Source: Actinomycetes bacterium (lineage in GTDB: Bacteria; Actinomycetota; Thermoleophilia; RBG-16-64-13). From it: a DNA stretch of 47,522 bases. Position 1 is the stretch's first letter, and each line of letters starts with the position of its first letter. Of this stretch, positions 1-8,308 are shown one piece after another. A model generated the notes under the pieces. It searched no databases, was not told the origin of the DNA, and saw nothing but the letters and a program-made list of their open reading frames with translations. Position numbers and translations under genes: made by a program. The DNA lies in contig JAJZQZ010000002.1 of assembly GCA_021802965.1 (NCBI GenBank), forward strand, positions 1 through 47,522, written 5' to 3'.

Positions 1-435
1 CCGGAGGAGGTGGTCTTCGATCTCGACTTGATCGTCGAGACCGGGGACGGCTCCACCCGGCTGCTGCGCTCGCCGTCGATCGAGCTGGCCGGAGAGGCCG
101 AGTTGCGCATGCTCTGCGACGCGGCCACGAGCGGCGGGGGAGGCGTGCAGATCGACACGTTCCTGCTCCGCGCCCGGGGCTCTGTGCCCCATTGGGAACC
201 TCCGGCCACCCCCCTCGGTGACCCGGACCCGGCAGGCGCCCTGAAGACGCACCGAGACGCCTACTGGCCGGGTGGCTTCAAGAGCACGCCGGTCTACGAC
301 TACGAGAAGCTGCAGTCCGGCAACGTGGTCGGGGGACCGGCCATCATCGAGTCAGACAGCACGACTTACGTCCTGCCTGCCGGGGGCAGCCTGACGGTGG
401 ACGAGTACCGCAACGGCATCATCCAAGTGGCTTAG
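1..435 (+). CDS. C-terminal fragment of a hydantoinase A/oxoprolinase-family (HyuA-like) carboxylase subunit; first of two paralogues, 5' end lies outside the window
   Basis: The frame is open from nt 1. The C-terminus GGPAIIESDSTTYVLPAGGSLTVDEYRNGIIQVA is clearly paralogous to the C-terminus of the 708-aa HyuA-like protein at 1022-3148 (VGPAVIEAEDTTYVVPAGKVFRIDEFLNGNIEDA). Confidence 0.8.
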   Translation, partial: PEEVVFDLDLIVETGDGSTRLLRSPSIELAGEAELRMLCDAATSGGGGVQIDTFLLRARGSVPHWEPPATPLGDPDPAGALKTHRDAYWPGGFKSTPVYDYEKLQSGNVVGGPAIIESDSTTYVLPAGGSLTVDEYRNGIIQVA

Positions 436-436
436 G

Positions 437-596
437 AGGCTGCTGAAATGCAAAGCCTTGGCTCACCAGAACGTGCTGGACGGCGCGATAGGGCGTCCTC
501 GGTCGCACACGTAGCGCTGCTACGCGCGCTCCCTGCGTCCTTCTCTCGCACTCGCCCATCGCGCCCTGGCGGCAAAGCGTCACTTTTCAGCAGCCT
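437..596 (+). repeat. Long form (160 nt) of an intergenic repeat bounded by 12-bp perfect terminal inverted repeats
   Basis: AGGCTGCTGAAA (437-448) is the exact reverse complement of TTTCAGCAGCCT (585-596). Internal hairpins are GGACG-n11-CGTCC and GTAGC-GCT-GCTAC. The right 64 nt are 86 % identical to 42336-42398, and both ends match the short copy at 33369-33436. Confidence 0.7.
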
Positions 597-614
597 TCAG
601 CGAAGGGGGGAGGC

Positions 615-1022
615 GTGAAGCGGCAGATCACCGAGTACCTCGATATCGACCTCGAGTCCGAGATGTGGTGCTGCCACACCTGCGGCGAGGTGCTCATCTC
701 GGCCCGCCAGCCCTACAAGCGGGGCTGTCTGGTGGCGGAGCGCGACCCGCGCGAGGTGCACAACCCCCACATCGAGGGCACCTTCACCTTCGCCCCCGAC
801 CCGGAGTGGTGCCGCCTCCTCGAGTTCTACTGCCCGGGATGCGGAGGGATGATCGAGACCGAGTACCTGCCCCCGGGACACCCGATCACCCACGACATCG
901 AGCTCGACATCGACTCGCTGAAGCAGAAGTACCTGGGGGCCGGCGCCACAGCGGCGGGCTCGGCGGGCGCCGACTGCGCCGGTGGCGACTCGTGCACGCT
1001 GGCCGGGGGAGGTGAGGGCTGA
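615..1022 (+). CDS. Small Zn-binding subunit of acetone/acetophenone-carboxylase type (gamma-like)
   Basis: GTG start preceded by the RBS GGGGGGAGG. Two Cys pairs are present (CCHTCG ... CPGCGG). Size and position between HyuA-like genes fit this subunit type, and the stop overlaps the next start (TGATG). Confidence 0.75.
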   Translation: MKRQITEYLDIDLESEMWCCHTCGEVLISARQPYKRGCLVAERDPREVHNPHIEGTFTFAPDPEWCRLLEFYCPGCGGMIETEYLPPGHPITHDIELDIDSLKQKYLGAGATAAGSAGADCAGGDSCTLAGGGEG

Positions 1023-3148
1023 TGTCCAAGTCCATCGACATCGACATCGGCGGCACCTTCACCGACTGCTTCGTGGTCTGGGACGACCGCACGGTCACGG
1101 GCAAGAGCCTGACCACCCGGCACAACCTGAGCCTCGGCTTCAAGCGGGTGCTGAAGGAGTGCGCGGGCAAGCTCGGGGTCTCCCTGCACGAGGTCCTCGA
1201 CCAGACCGACACCCTGCGGTACAGCACGACCATCGCCACCAACTCCCTCGTGGAGCGCAAGGGTCCCAAGCTGGGCCTCCTCACCACCATGGGCCACGAG
1301 GACACCATCTACATCGGCCAGGGCAGCCAGTGGGCCCACGGGCTCACGAACGAAGAGCAGCGCAACGTGGTGGGCATGCGCAAGCCCGCTCCGCTCATCC
1401 CCGTGGAGATGACCGTGGGTCTCCGGGAACGCGTCGACTGCTTCGGCAACGCCGTCATCCCCCTCAAACGGGAGGACGTGCTCGAGAAGGTGCAGTACCT
1501 GGTCGACAACGGCTGCCGGGGCTTCATCGTCTCGCTGCTCTGGTCGTTCCTCAATCCGGCGCACGAGCAGATGGTCAAGCAGATCATCCGGGAGGAGTAC
1601 CCCGACGTCTACCTGGGCAACGCCCCCATCATGCTCTCCAGCGAGGTGGCGCCCAAGCTCGGCGAGTACGCCCGCACCATGACCACCATCCTGAACGGCT
1701 ACCTGCACGGGGAGATGAAGGAGGAGCTCACCGCCCTCGCCGAGGACCTGCGCGACGAGGGGTTCCAGAAGCCCGTGCTGATCGTCCACAACACGGGGGG
1801 CACAGCCAAGACCTCTCGCACCGCGGCGGTGGCCACGCACAACGCCGGGCCCGTGGCGGGTCTTTTGGGCGCCGCCCACCTGGCCCGGAGCCTCTACGAC
1901 TACGAGAACGTGATCGTGTCGGACATGGGTGGCACGAGCTTCGACATCGGCGTCATGGCGAAGGGGGGCGTCCGCTTCTACCAGTTCGACCCCATCATCG
2001 ACCGCTGGCGCGTCAACATCTCCATGATCGAGACCAAGGCCATCGGCGCGGGCGGCGGTTCCATCGCCTGGATCCACCCCACCTACCGCACCATCCAGAT
2101 CGGCCCCCAGAGTGCCGGCTCCCTGCCCGGCCCGGCGGCCTTCGACATGGGCGGCACCGAGCCGACGGTCACCGACGCCGACATCGTGCTCGGCTACATC
2201 AACCCCGACTACTACCTGGGCGGGCGCAACCGCCTGAACAAGGAGCGCTCGTTCGCGGCCATCCGGGAGCACATCGCCGAGCCCCTAAGCATCGAGGTCG
2301 AGGATGCCGCCCTGCGCATCAAGCGCATCGTCGACGGCAACATGGGCAACGAGATCTTCAAGGAGACCGCCCTCAAAGGCTTCGACCCCCGGGAGTTCGT
2401 GCTCTTCTCCTACGGCGGCGCGGGCCCGACCCACTGCTGTGGCTATGCCGGCTACGTGGGCGTGCAGAAGACGGTCACGTTCCCCTTCGCCTCGGTGTTC
2501 TGCGCCTTCGGCGCCTCGACCATGGATGTACTGCACCAGTACGAGCTTTCCAAGCACATGATCCTGTTCGACCCGAAGACGGGCAGCATGCTCGACGACT
2601 ACGACCTCTTCAACGGGGCTGTCGAGGAGCTGCAACGGGTGGCGATCCGCGACATGCAGGGCGAAGGCTTCGACGCCTCGCGGATCATCTGGAGCCTGGA
2701 GCTCGAGATGCGCTACGGCACCCAGCTTAACTCCGCCCGGGTGTCGTCGCCGCGGGTGAAGGTGGGCGGCCCGGACGACATCAAGTCGATCATGGACATG
2801 CACACCAGCGAGTACAGCACGGTGTACAGCGCCATGGCGGCCTACCCTGAGGGTGGAGTCGAGGTCGACACCTTCATCCTGAAGGCGATCGTGCCCATCG
2901 AGAAGTACCGCTTCCCGAAGCTCGCGCTGGAAGGGGCCGACCCGAGCGCTGCCCGCAAGGGGTCGCGCCAGGTCTGGTGGGAGGAGGGTGCGCGGGACAC
3001 GCCGATCTTCGAGCGGAACGCGCTGCGGGCCGGCAACATCGTCGTGGGGCCGGCGGTCATCGAAGCCGAGGATACGACGTACGTGGTGCCGGCCGGGAAG
3101 GTGTTCCGCATAGACGAGTTCCTCAACGGCAACATCGAAGACGCATAA
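1022..3148 (+). CDS. Hydantoinase A/oxoprolinase-family ATP-binding carboxylase subunit (HyuA / acetone-carboxylase beta / Apc-alpha-like)
   Basis: 708 aa with the N-terminal signature IDIDIGGTFTDCF and a second DMGGTSFD ATPase motif. GC3 is high. Confidence 0.9.
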   Translation: MSKSIDIDIGGTFTDCFVVWDDRTVTGKSLTTRHNLSLGFKRVLKECAGKLGVSLHEVLDQTDTLRYSTTIATNSLVERKGPKLGLLTTMGHEDTIYIGQGSQWAHGLTNEEQRNVVGMRKPAPLIPVEMTVGLRERVDCFGNAVIPLKREDVLEKVQYLVDNGCRGFIVSLLWSFLNPAHEQMVKQIIREEYPDVYLGNAPIMLSSEVAPKLGEYARTMTTILNGYLHGEMKEELTALAEDLRDEGFQKPVLIVHNTGGTAKTSRTAAVATHNAGPVAGLLGAAHLARSLYDYENVIVSDMGGTSFDIGVMAKGGVRFYQFDPIIDRWRVNISMIETKAIGAGGGSIAWIHPTYRTIQIGPQSAGSLPGPAAFDMGGTEPTVTDADIVLGYINPDYYLGGRNRLNKERSFAAIREHIAEPLSIEVEDAALRIKRIVDGNMGNEIFKETALKGFDPREFVLFSYGGAGPTHCCGYAGYVGVQKTVTFPFASVFCAFGASTMDVLHQYELSKHMILFDPKTGSMLDDYDLFNGAVEELQRVAIRDMQGEGFDASRIIWSLELEMRYGTQLNSARVSSPRVKVGGPDDIKSIMDMHTSEYSTVYSAMAAYPEGGVEVDTFILKAIVPIEKYRFPKLALEGADPSAARKGSRQVWWEEGARDTPIFERNALRAGNIVVGPAVIEAEDTTYVVPAGKVFRIDEFLNGNIEDA

Positions 3149-3157
3149 GGGGGCCAC

Positions 3158-5194
3158 ATGGGCATGAAGCTAGATACGGCCGCCATGTGGAAACCGGCTG
3201 CGCCGACCGAGCGTGAGCTGGCCTGCGTGGACCTGGTCGAAGCGGCCGATTTCGAGATCTACGCGCGCAAGCTCGATCTCATCTGCGCGGAAGCGCGGCA
3301 GATCTTCGTGCGCATGGGCGCCGCGCAGATGCTCCAGTCGGGCGACGTGGCTCTGGGCATCTACACGGCCCAGGGAGACCTGGCCGCCTGCGACGTCAGC
3401 ATCTACCTGCACCTGGTGACCGGGCAGATCCCGATCAAGTACATCATGCAGACCTATCTGAGCGAGCCCACGGTGGGCGTGCGCGACGGGGACATCTACT
3501 TCGTCAACGAGGCCACCTTCGGCGGCATCCACAATCCGGACATGATCGTGGTCATGCCCATCTTCCACGAGGACGAGCTGGTCGGCTGGACCCTGGCCGC
3601 CCTCCACGAGGGCGAGACCGGCGCGGTCGACCCCGGAGGCATGTCGGTGGCGGCCAAGACCCGCTACGACGAGGGCATGCACTGGATCCCCATCAAGGTG
3701 GGCGAGAACTACCAGCTGAAGAAGGACCTGGTCGACATGATGGCCAATCAGGTCCGCGACCCGCGCATGCACACCATCGACCTGAAGGCCCGGGCAGCCG
3801 CCTGCGAGCGCATGATCAAGCGCGTCAGGGAGGACGTCATCGGTCGCAAGGGGGTCGACTTCTTCATCGGCCTCATGCGCAAGAACATCGACGTGGCCAC
3901 CGAGGCCGGCAAGGCCATGGTGCGCGAGCTGAACGACGGCACCTACCGCACGGTCATGTTCCTGGACGCCGTCGGGGCCGACTACGGGCTGGTGCGCATG
4001 AAGTTGACTCTCACCAAGAAGGGCGACCACATCGTCATGGACTTCTCGGGTACCTCGCCCGAGACGCCCGACGGACCCTTCAACACGTACAAGCACGTGG
4101 TCATCGCCGGCTCGGCCATGTACATCTATCAGTTCCTCTTCTCCGACCTGCCCCCGACCGCCGGCGCCATGACCCCGTTCGACTACGAGTTCACCGCCGG
4201 CTCGCTGCTCGACGCGAGCGCCGACGCCGCCTGCGCCTGCGGCGTGCTCACGGCCGGCTTCCTCTCCTTCTACGCCATCCCCTCCTGCTTCGCCAAGATG
4301 ATCTTCGACAGCCGCTGGCGCGACAGAGCGGCAGGCATGTGGGGGACCCCGTCGCCGCCCTTCATGTACGGCGGCTTGAACCAGTATGGGTTGCCCGTGG
4401 CCGGCCTGGCGTCCGACGCGCTGAACACTCAGGGCGCCGGTGCCCGTCAGGACCACGACGGCGAGAACGCCGCGGGTTTCTCCTTCTGCCCCACCGGCTT
4501 CCTGCAGGACGCCGAGTTCACCGAGTTGCAGCTCCCGTGGTTCTACCTCTTCCGCAATCGCCACATGCCCGACAACCACGGCATGGGCAAGTACCGGGGC
4601 GGCACGGGGGTCATGATCGGCTACGTGCCGCACAACGTGCCCTGGCTGGTCTGCGGCTCGTCGCAGGGCGGCAACAAGTTCCCGCCGGAGAAGGGCCTGT
4701 TCGGAGGATACGCGGCCATGACGCCGGTGGCGGTCCAGGTCACCCACAGCGACCTCAAGCAGCTCATGGCCGAGTCGAGCGACACGATCCCCTACGACGT
4801 CTTCGAGGTCCTCGACAAGCGGGCGGTGGAGGGCGACTACGCCATCGAGAGTATGATCCGGCCCTTCCGGCCCATCCCGGGCGACGACATCATGCTGATG
4901 CCGTCCTTGGGGGGCACCAGCTACGGCGACGTCCTCGAGCGCGACCCGCAGCTGGTGGTCGATGACCTGCGCTCCCGGGTCACGACGGACTGGACGGCGT
5001 GGAACGTATACCGGGTGGTCTACGACCCGGAGACCCTGCGCGTCGATCACGACGCGACGGCGAAGGCGCGCGCCGAGGAGCGTGAGGCCCGGAAGAAGCG
5101 GGGACGCCCGTACGACGACTTCGAGAAGGAATGGCTGCAGAAGCGACCGGCGGACGAGATCATCAAACGATACGGCGATTGGCCGAACCCATAG
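3158..5194 (+). CDS. Hydantoinase B/oxoprolinase-family carboxylase subunit (HyuB / acetone-carboxylase alpha-like)
   Basis: 678 aa with the RBS AAGGGGG. The length and sequence character are HyuB-like, and it directly follows the HyuA-like gene. Confidence 0.88.
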   Translation: MGMKLDTAAMWKPAAPTERELACVDLVEAADFEIYARKLDLICAEARQIFVRMGAAQMLQSGDVALGIYTAQGDLAACDVSIYLHLVTGQIPIKYIMQTYLSEPTVGVRDGDIYFVNEATFGGIHNPDMIVVMPIFHEDELVGWTLAALHEGETGAVDPGGMSVAAKTRYDEGMHWIPIKVGENYQLKKDLVDMMANQVRDPRMHTIDLKARAAACERMIKRVREDVIGRKGVDFFIGLMRKNIDVATEAGKAMVRELNDGTYRTVMFLDAVGADYGLVRMKLTLTKKGDHIVMDFSGTSPETPDGPFNTYKHVVIAGSAMYIYQFLFSDLPPTAGAMTPFDYEFTAGSLLDASADAACACGVLTAGFLSFYAIPSCFAKMIFDSRWRDRAAGMWGTPSPPFMYGGLNQYGLPVAGLASDALNTQGAGARQDHDGENAAGFSFCPTGFLQDAEFTELQLPWFYLFRNRHMPDNHGMGKYRGGTGVMIGYVPHNVPWLVCGSSQGGNKFPPEKGLFGGYAAMTPVAVQVTHSDLKQLMAESSDTIPYDVFEVLDKRAVEGDYAIESMIRPFRPIPGDDIMLMPSLGGTSYGDVLERDPQLVVDDLRSRVTTDWTAWNVYRVVYDPETLRVDHDATAKARAEEREARKKRGRPYDDFEKEWLQKRPADEIIKRYGDWPNP

Positions 5195-5231
5195 GGGCGA
5201 GTCTCAAGACCGGATCGAAGGAGGGAGGCTC

Positions 5232-6227
5232 GTGGCGACGGTGATGACATCGCGCGATCGCGTCCGGCGCTTCTTCGAGGGGGCGTCGGTCGACCGCATG
5301 CCCATCATCCTGCACGCGGGTCGCTATTCCGCGCGCCTGCAGCAGCTGACGTACCAACAGGCGTCGGCCGACCCCACTCTCCTGGCGAACGCCGTGCAGA
5401 GCGCCCTGAGGCTCTTCGGTGTGGACGGCATCGTGCTTCCCGCCGACCCGACCATGGAGGCCGAGGCTCTGGGCTGTGCGGTCGCCTGGGAGGACGACGA
5501 GCCGGTGGTGGTCAGTCACCCTCTGGCGGGCGAGGCGGCCGGGGCGGCGATCGAGACCGCGGGCATGGACACCCGCGGTCGGGTCGGCGTGATGCTGGAG
5601 GTCACCCGCCGCCTCATGGCTGTGATCGGCCGCGACGTCGCCGTGATACCGGCGGTCACCGGTCCGGCGACCCTGGCTCACCTGCTGCGGGGGCCGGAGT
5701 TCCTGGTCGACCTGGACGACGCCCCGGAGCGTGCCCGCCAGATCGTCGAGGGCGCGGCCAAGGTGACCATGCATATCGCCAAGGAGTGCCTGGAGATCGG
5801 CACCGGTCAGCTCGTGGTCAACGACCCGCTGGTGGGCAGCTTGAAGAAAGAGCACTATCAGTGGATCGGCAACATCCTGCGCCCGTTGTGGAACGTGGCC
5901 GACTTCTTCGACGCGCTCCTGCTCCTGGAGACCGAGGTCGCCGACCTCGAGCGGGTCCAGGATCTACTGCGGCTGGGCGCCGGCGGGCTGCTGGTGGGAG
6001 GCGGATACGCCCCCGCCGAGGTGGCCGGACTCGGGGGGGACACCGCCTGCGTGGCCGTGGGCTTTCCGCCGTCGTTCTTCAGCCGGCCGCCGGGAGAGCT
6101 CGAGCCGGTCGTGTCGGCCTGGTACGCGTCGGGTGAGCGGCAGCGGGGGCTGCTGGCCTGTGGCACCTTGCCCCGAGGGGCGCCGGCGGAGAACGTCCAT
6201 GAGGTGTTGCGCGTGCTGCGCGGATAG
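5232..6227 (+). CDS. Uroporphyrinogen-decarboxylase (URO-D / MtaA-CmuA-like) family protein
   Basis: GTG start after the RBS AGGAGGGAGG. The N-terminus (MTSRDRVRRFFEGASVDRMPIILHAG) matches the family's typical ..eR...al.g...DR.P. opening. The part of the track ORF upstream of 5232 overlaps hyuB out of frame. Confidence 0.6.
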   Translation: MATVMTSRDRVRRFFEGASVDRMPIILHAGRYSARLQQLTYQQASADPTLLANAVQSALRLFGVDGIVLPADPTMEAEALGCAVAWEDDEPVVVSHPLAGEAAGAAIETAGMDTRGRVGVMLEVTRRLMAVIGRDVAVIPAVTGPATLAHLLRGPEFLVDLDDAPERARQIVEGAAKVTMHIAKECLEIGTGQLVVNDPLVGSLKKEHYQWIGNILRPLWNVADFFDALLLLETEVADLERVQDLLRLGAGGLLVGGGYAPAEVAGLGGDTACVAVGFPPSFFSRPPGELEPVVSAWYASGERQRGLLACGTLPRGAPAENVHEVLRVLRG

Positions 6228-6260
6228 GCGCCCGGTGTGGCGTCGCCGAAGGGGGAGCAT

Positions 6261-7025
6261 ATGGGCAGGTTGGACGGCAAGGTCGCGGTCATCACCGGGG
6301 CCGCTTCGGGTATCGGCTTGGCGGCGACGAAGCTCTTCGCCCGGGAGGGGGCGGCGGTCTTGGCCGTGGACCTCGACGCCGGGCGTCTGGATGAGGCGGT
6401 CGCGGCGGCGAGCGGGCGCACGAGCGCCTTCGCCGCCGACCTCACCGACCCCGACCAGGTCGACCGGCTCATGGAGGCCGCGGTGGAGCGCTACGGGGGC
6501 ATCGACATACTCCTGCCCAACGCGGGCATCTGGGGCACGGTGGCCACCATGGACGTGTATCCCCTCGACATCTTCAGGCGGGTGATCGAGACCAACTTGA
6601 CCTCGGTCTTCATCACCACGAAGGCCGCCATCCCGCACCTGGTTCGACGCGGTGGAGGGAGCATCGTCTTCAGCTCCTCCGCCGGGGGGACGGGCGGCAA
6701 GCCGGGCAACGTCGCCTACGCGGCCACGAAGCACGCCGTCCTCGGTATCATGAGGACCACGGCGGTGGAGTGGGGGGCGAGCGGTATCCGGGCGAATGCG
6801 GTGCTGCCCGGCGCCATAGAGACGCCGATGATCCACCAGCTCGAGCGGACCTTCTCGCCCGACGACCCCGCCAAGGGCGCTGCCGCGCTGCAGGGAGACT
6901 CCCTCCTCAAGCGGTACGGCACGGCGGAAGAGGTGGCCGAGCTGATGCTGTGGCTCGCCTCCGACGCCAGCGCCTTCTGCACCGGGGGCGGCTACTTGAT
7001 CGACGGGGGGATGCAGCTGGCGTAG
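6261..7025 (+). CDS. Short-chain dehydrogenase/reductase (classical SDR)
   Basis: Contains TGAASGIG, NAG and YAATKHA (YxxxK). ATG start after the RBS AAGGGGGAG. Confidence 0.9.
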   Translation: MGRLDGKVAVITGAASGIGLAATKLFAREGAAVLAVDLDAGRLDEAVAAASGRTSAFAADLTDPDQVDRLMEAAVERYGGIDILLPNAGIWGTVATMDVYPLDIFRRVIETNLTSVFITTKAAIPHLVRRGGGSIVFSSSAGGTGGKPGNVAYAATKHAVLGIMRTTAVEWGASGIRANAVLPGAIETPMIHQLERTFSPDDPAKGAAALQGDSLLKRYGTAEEVAELMLWLASDASAFCTGGGYLIDGGMQLA

Positions 7026-7095
7026 CAGTCGATGGCCGCGGCTTTGCGTAGCCGTCGAGACGGCGGTTTCGGAGAACGATACGGGGGGAAGTGAG

Positions 7096-8298
7096 ATGCC
7101 ACTCGCAGTCATGCTGGCGCCTTCGAGGTACGTGCAGGGCCCGGGGGCCCTTTACGAGCTTGGCGGCCAACTACAGGCCCTCGGACTGAAGAACCCGCTC
7201 ATCCTGGCCTCTCCGAGCGCGAAGAAGGCGGTGGGCCCCGCCGTACGGGAGGGCCTGGACAGCCTGGGTATCCCCTACGCGTTCATGGACTTCCAGGGAG
7301 AGTGCACTCGGGCCGAGATCGCCCGGGTGCGTGACGCCTGCCTGGCCGGCGGTCACGACGCCATCGTCAGCTGTGGCGGCGGCAAGACCCTCGATACGGG
7401 TCGTGCCGCCGCCACTAAATCCGCCCTCAACGTGGAGAAGTCGCCGCCCGAGCTGATCCCCGACCTGGGCGCCGGCGTGGCCTGCATCAACGTGCCCACG
7501 GTCGCCGCCAGCGACGCCTCCACCTCGGCGGTCTCCCTGATCTATACCGAGAACCACGTGGTCGAGGCCACCATGATCTTCCCCACGAGCCCGACCATGG
7601 TCTTCGTGGATACCACCGTCATCGCCGGTTCGCCGACCCGGCTGCTCGTGGCCGGGATGGGCGACGCTCTCGCCACCTACTTCGAGGCCGACATGTGCTT
7701 CCGCACGGGGTCGCGCGCCGTGGTGACCCAGGCCCGCAGCACCCGCGCCGCCCAGGCGTTGGCTCGACTGTGCTTCGACCTCCTGATGACCTACGGCGCC
7801 CAGGCCCGCTTGGAATCCGAGGCCGGGATCGCGGGCCCGGCGATGGACGCGATCATCGAAGCCAACATCCTGCTCAGTGGGCTCGGGTTCGAGAGTGGGG
7901 GCATCTCCGGCTCGCACGCGGTGGGCCATGGCTTCTACCACGTGGCCGAGTACTTCGAGTCGCCCCGATTCCACGGCGAGGTGGTGGCCTTCGGCGCGCT
8001 GACGCAGCTCATGCTCGAGAGCCGTCCGCCCGAGTTCCTCGACGCCGTCTTCGGCCTCTGCCTCGACGTGGGCCTGCCCACCACCTTCGCCGACCTGACG
8101 CTCAAGGACACCTCCGACGAGGTCCTGGAGAAAGTGGCCCTGGCCGCGGCCCGGGACGTCGTGCTCATCAGCTCCATGTGCGGGGCCTCCGCGCAGCCCG
8201 ACGACCTGGGCCGATACTACGACCACGTCGTGATCCTGAACGCCATGAAGGCCGTGGATCTCTACGGCCGCAACCTGAAGGCCCGCGCTGGAAAGTAG
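7096..8298 (+). CDS. Iron-containing alcohol dehydrogenase, glycerol-dehydrogenase (GldA)-like
   Basis: Contains the GGGKTLDTGRAAA motif and downstream His residues (SGSHAVGHG). 400 aa. Confidence 0.85.
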   Translation: MPLAVMLAPSRYVQGPGALYELGGQLQALGLKNPLILASPSAKKAVGPAVREGLDSLGIPYAFMDFQGECTRAEIARVRDACLAGGHDAIVSCGGGKTLDTGRAAATKSALNVEKSPPELIPDLGAGVACINVPTVAASDASTSAVSLIYTENHVVEATMIFPTSPTMVFVDTTVIAGSPTRLLVAGMGDALATYFEADMCFRTGSRAVVTQARSTRAAQALARLCFDLLMTYGAQARLESEAGIAGPAMDAIIEANILLSGLGFESGGISGSHAVGHGFYHVAEYFESPRFHGEVVAFGALTQLMLESRPPEFLDAVFGLCLDVGLPTTFADLTLKDTSDEVLEKVALAAARDVVLISSMCGASAQPDDLGRYYDHVVILNAMKAVDLYGRNLKARAGK

Positions 8299-8308
8299 GG
8301 CGGCCGGC

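Noticed and set aside
487-495. Recurrence of CGATAGG in four intergenic places (487, 39619, 40478 reverse complement, 45368) as a possible extended GntR regulon motif. This includes CTGGTCGATAGGG just upstream of the ADH at 45394.
   Set aside because: A 7-9-mer is expected a few times by chance in about 95 kb of two-strand sequence, I could not scan the coding regions exhaustively, and the flanks outside the two 20-bp copies do not align. I keep it as a weak hint only.
437-596. Interpreting the TIR-bounded element as a riboswitch or other known RNA class, or as a bona fide MITE.
   Set aside because: I recognise no known riboswitch consensus. I also see no target-site duplication and no cognate transposase in the window. 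It is therefore reported only as an unclassified repeat family.
827-2272. 481-aa ORF on the - strand antisense to the HyuA-like gene. Similar long antisense or out-of-frame ORFs include 3170-5050 (-), 13365-14558 (-), 19542-20702 (-), 30483-32537 (+), 30343-31923 (-), 38140-39561 (+), 41226-42464 (+), 42486-44303 (+) and 44179-45081 (-).
   Set aside because: These are typical high-GC artefacts. Their translations are Arg/Gly/Pro/His-rich with no recognisable motifs, and each fully overlaps a gene with strong family signatures and proper RBS or coupling.
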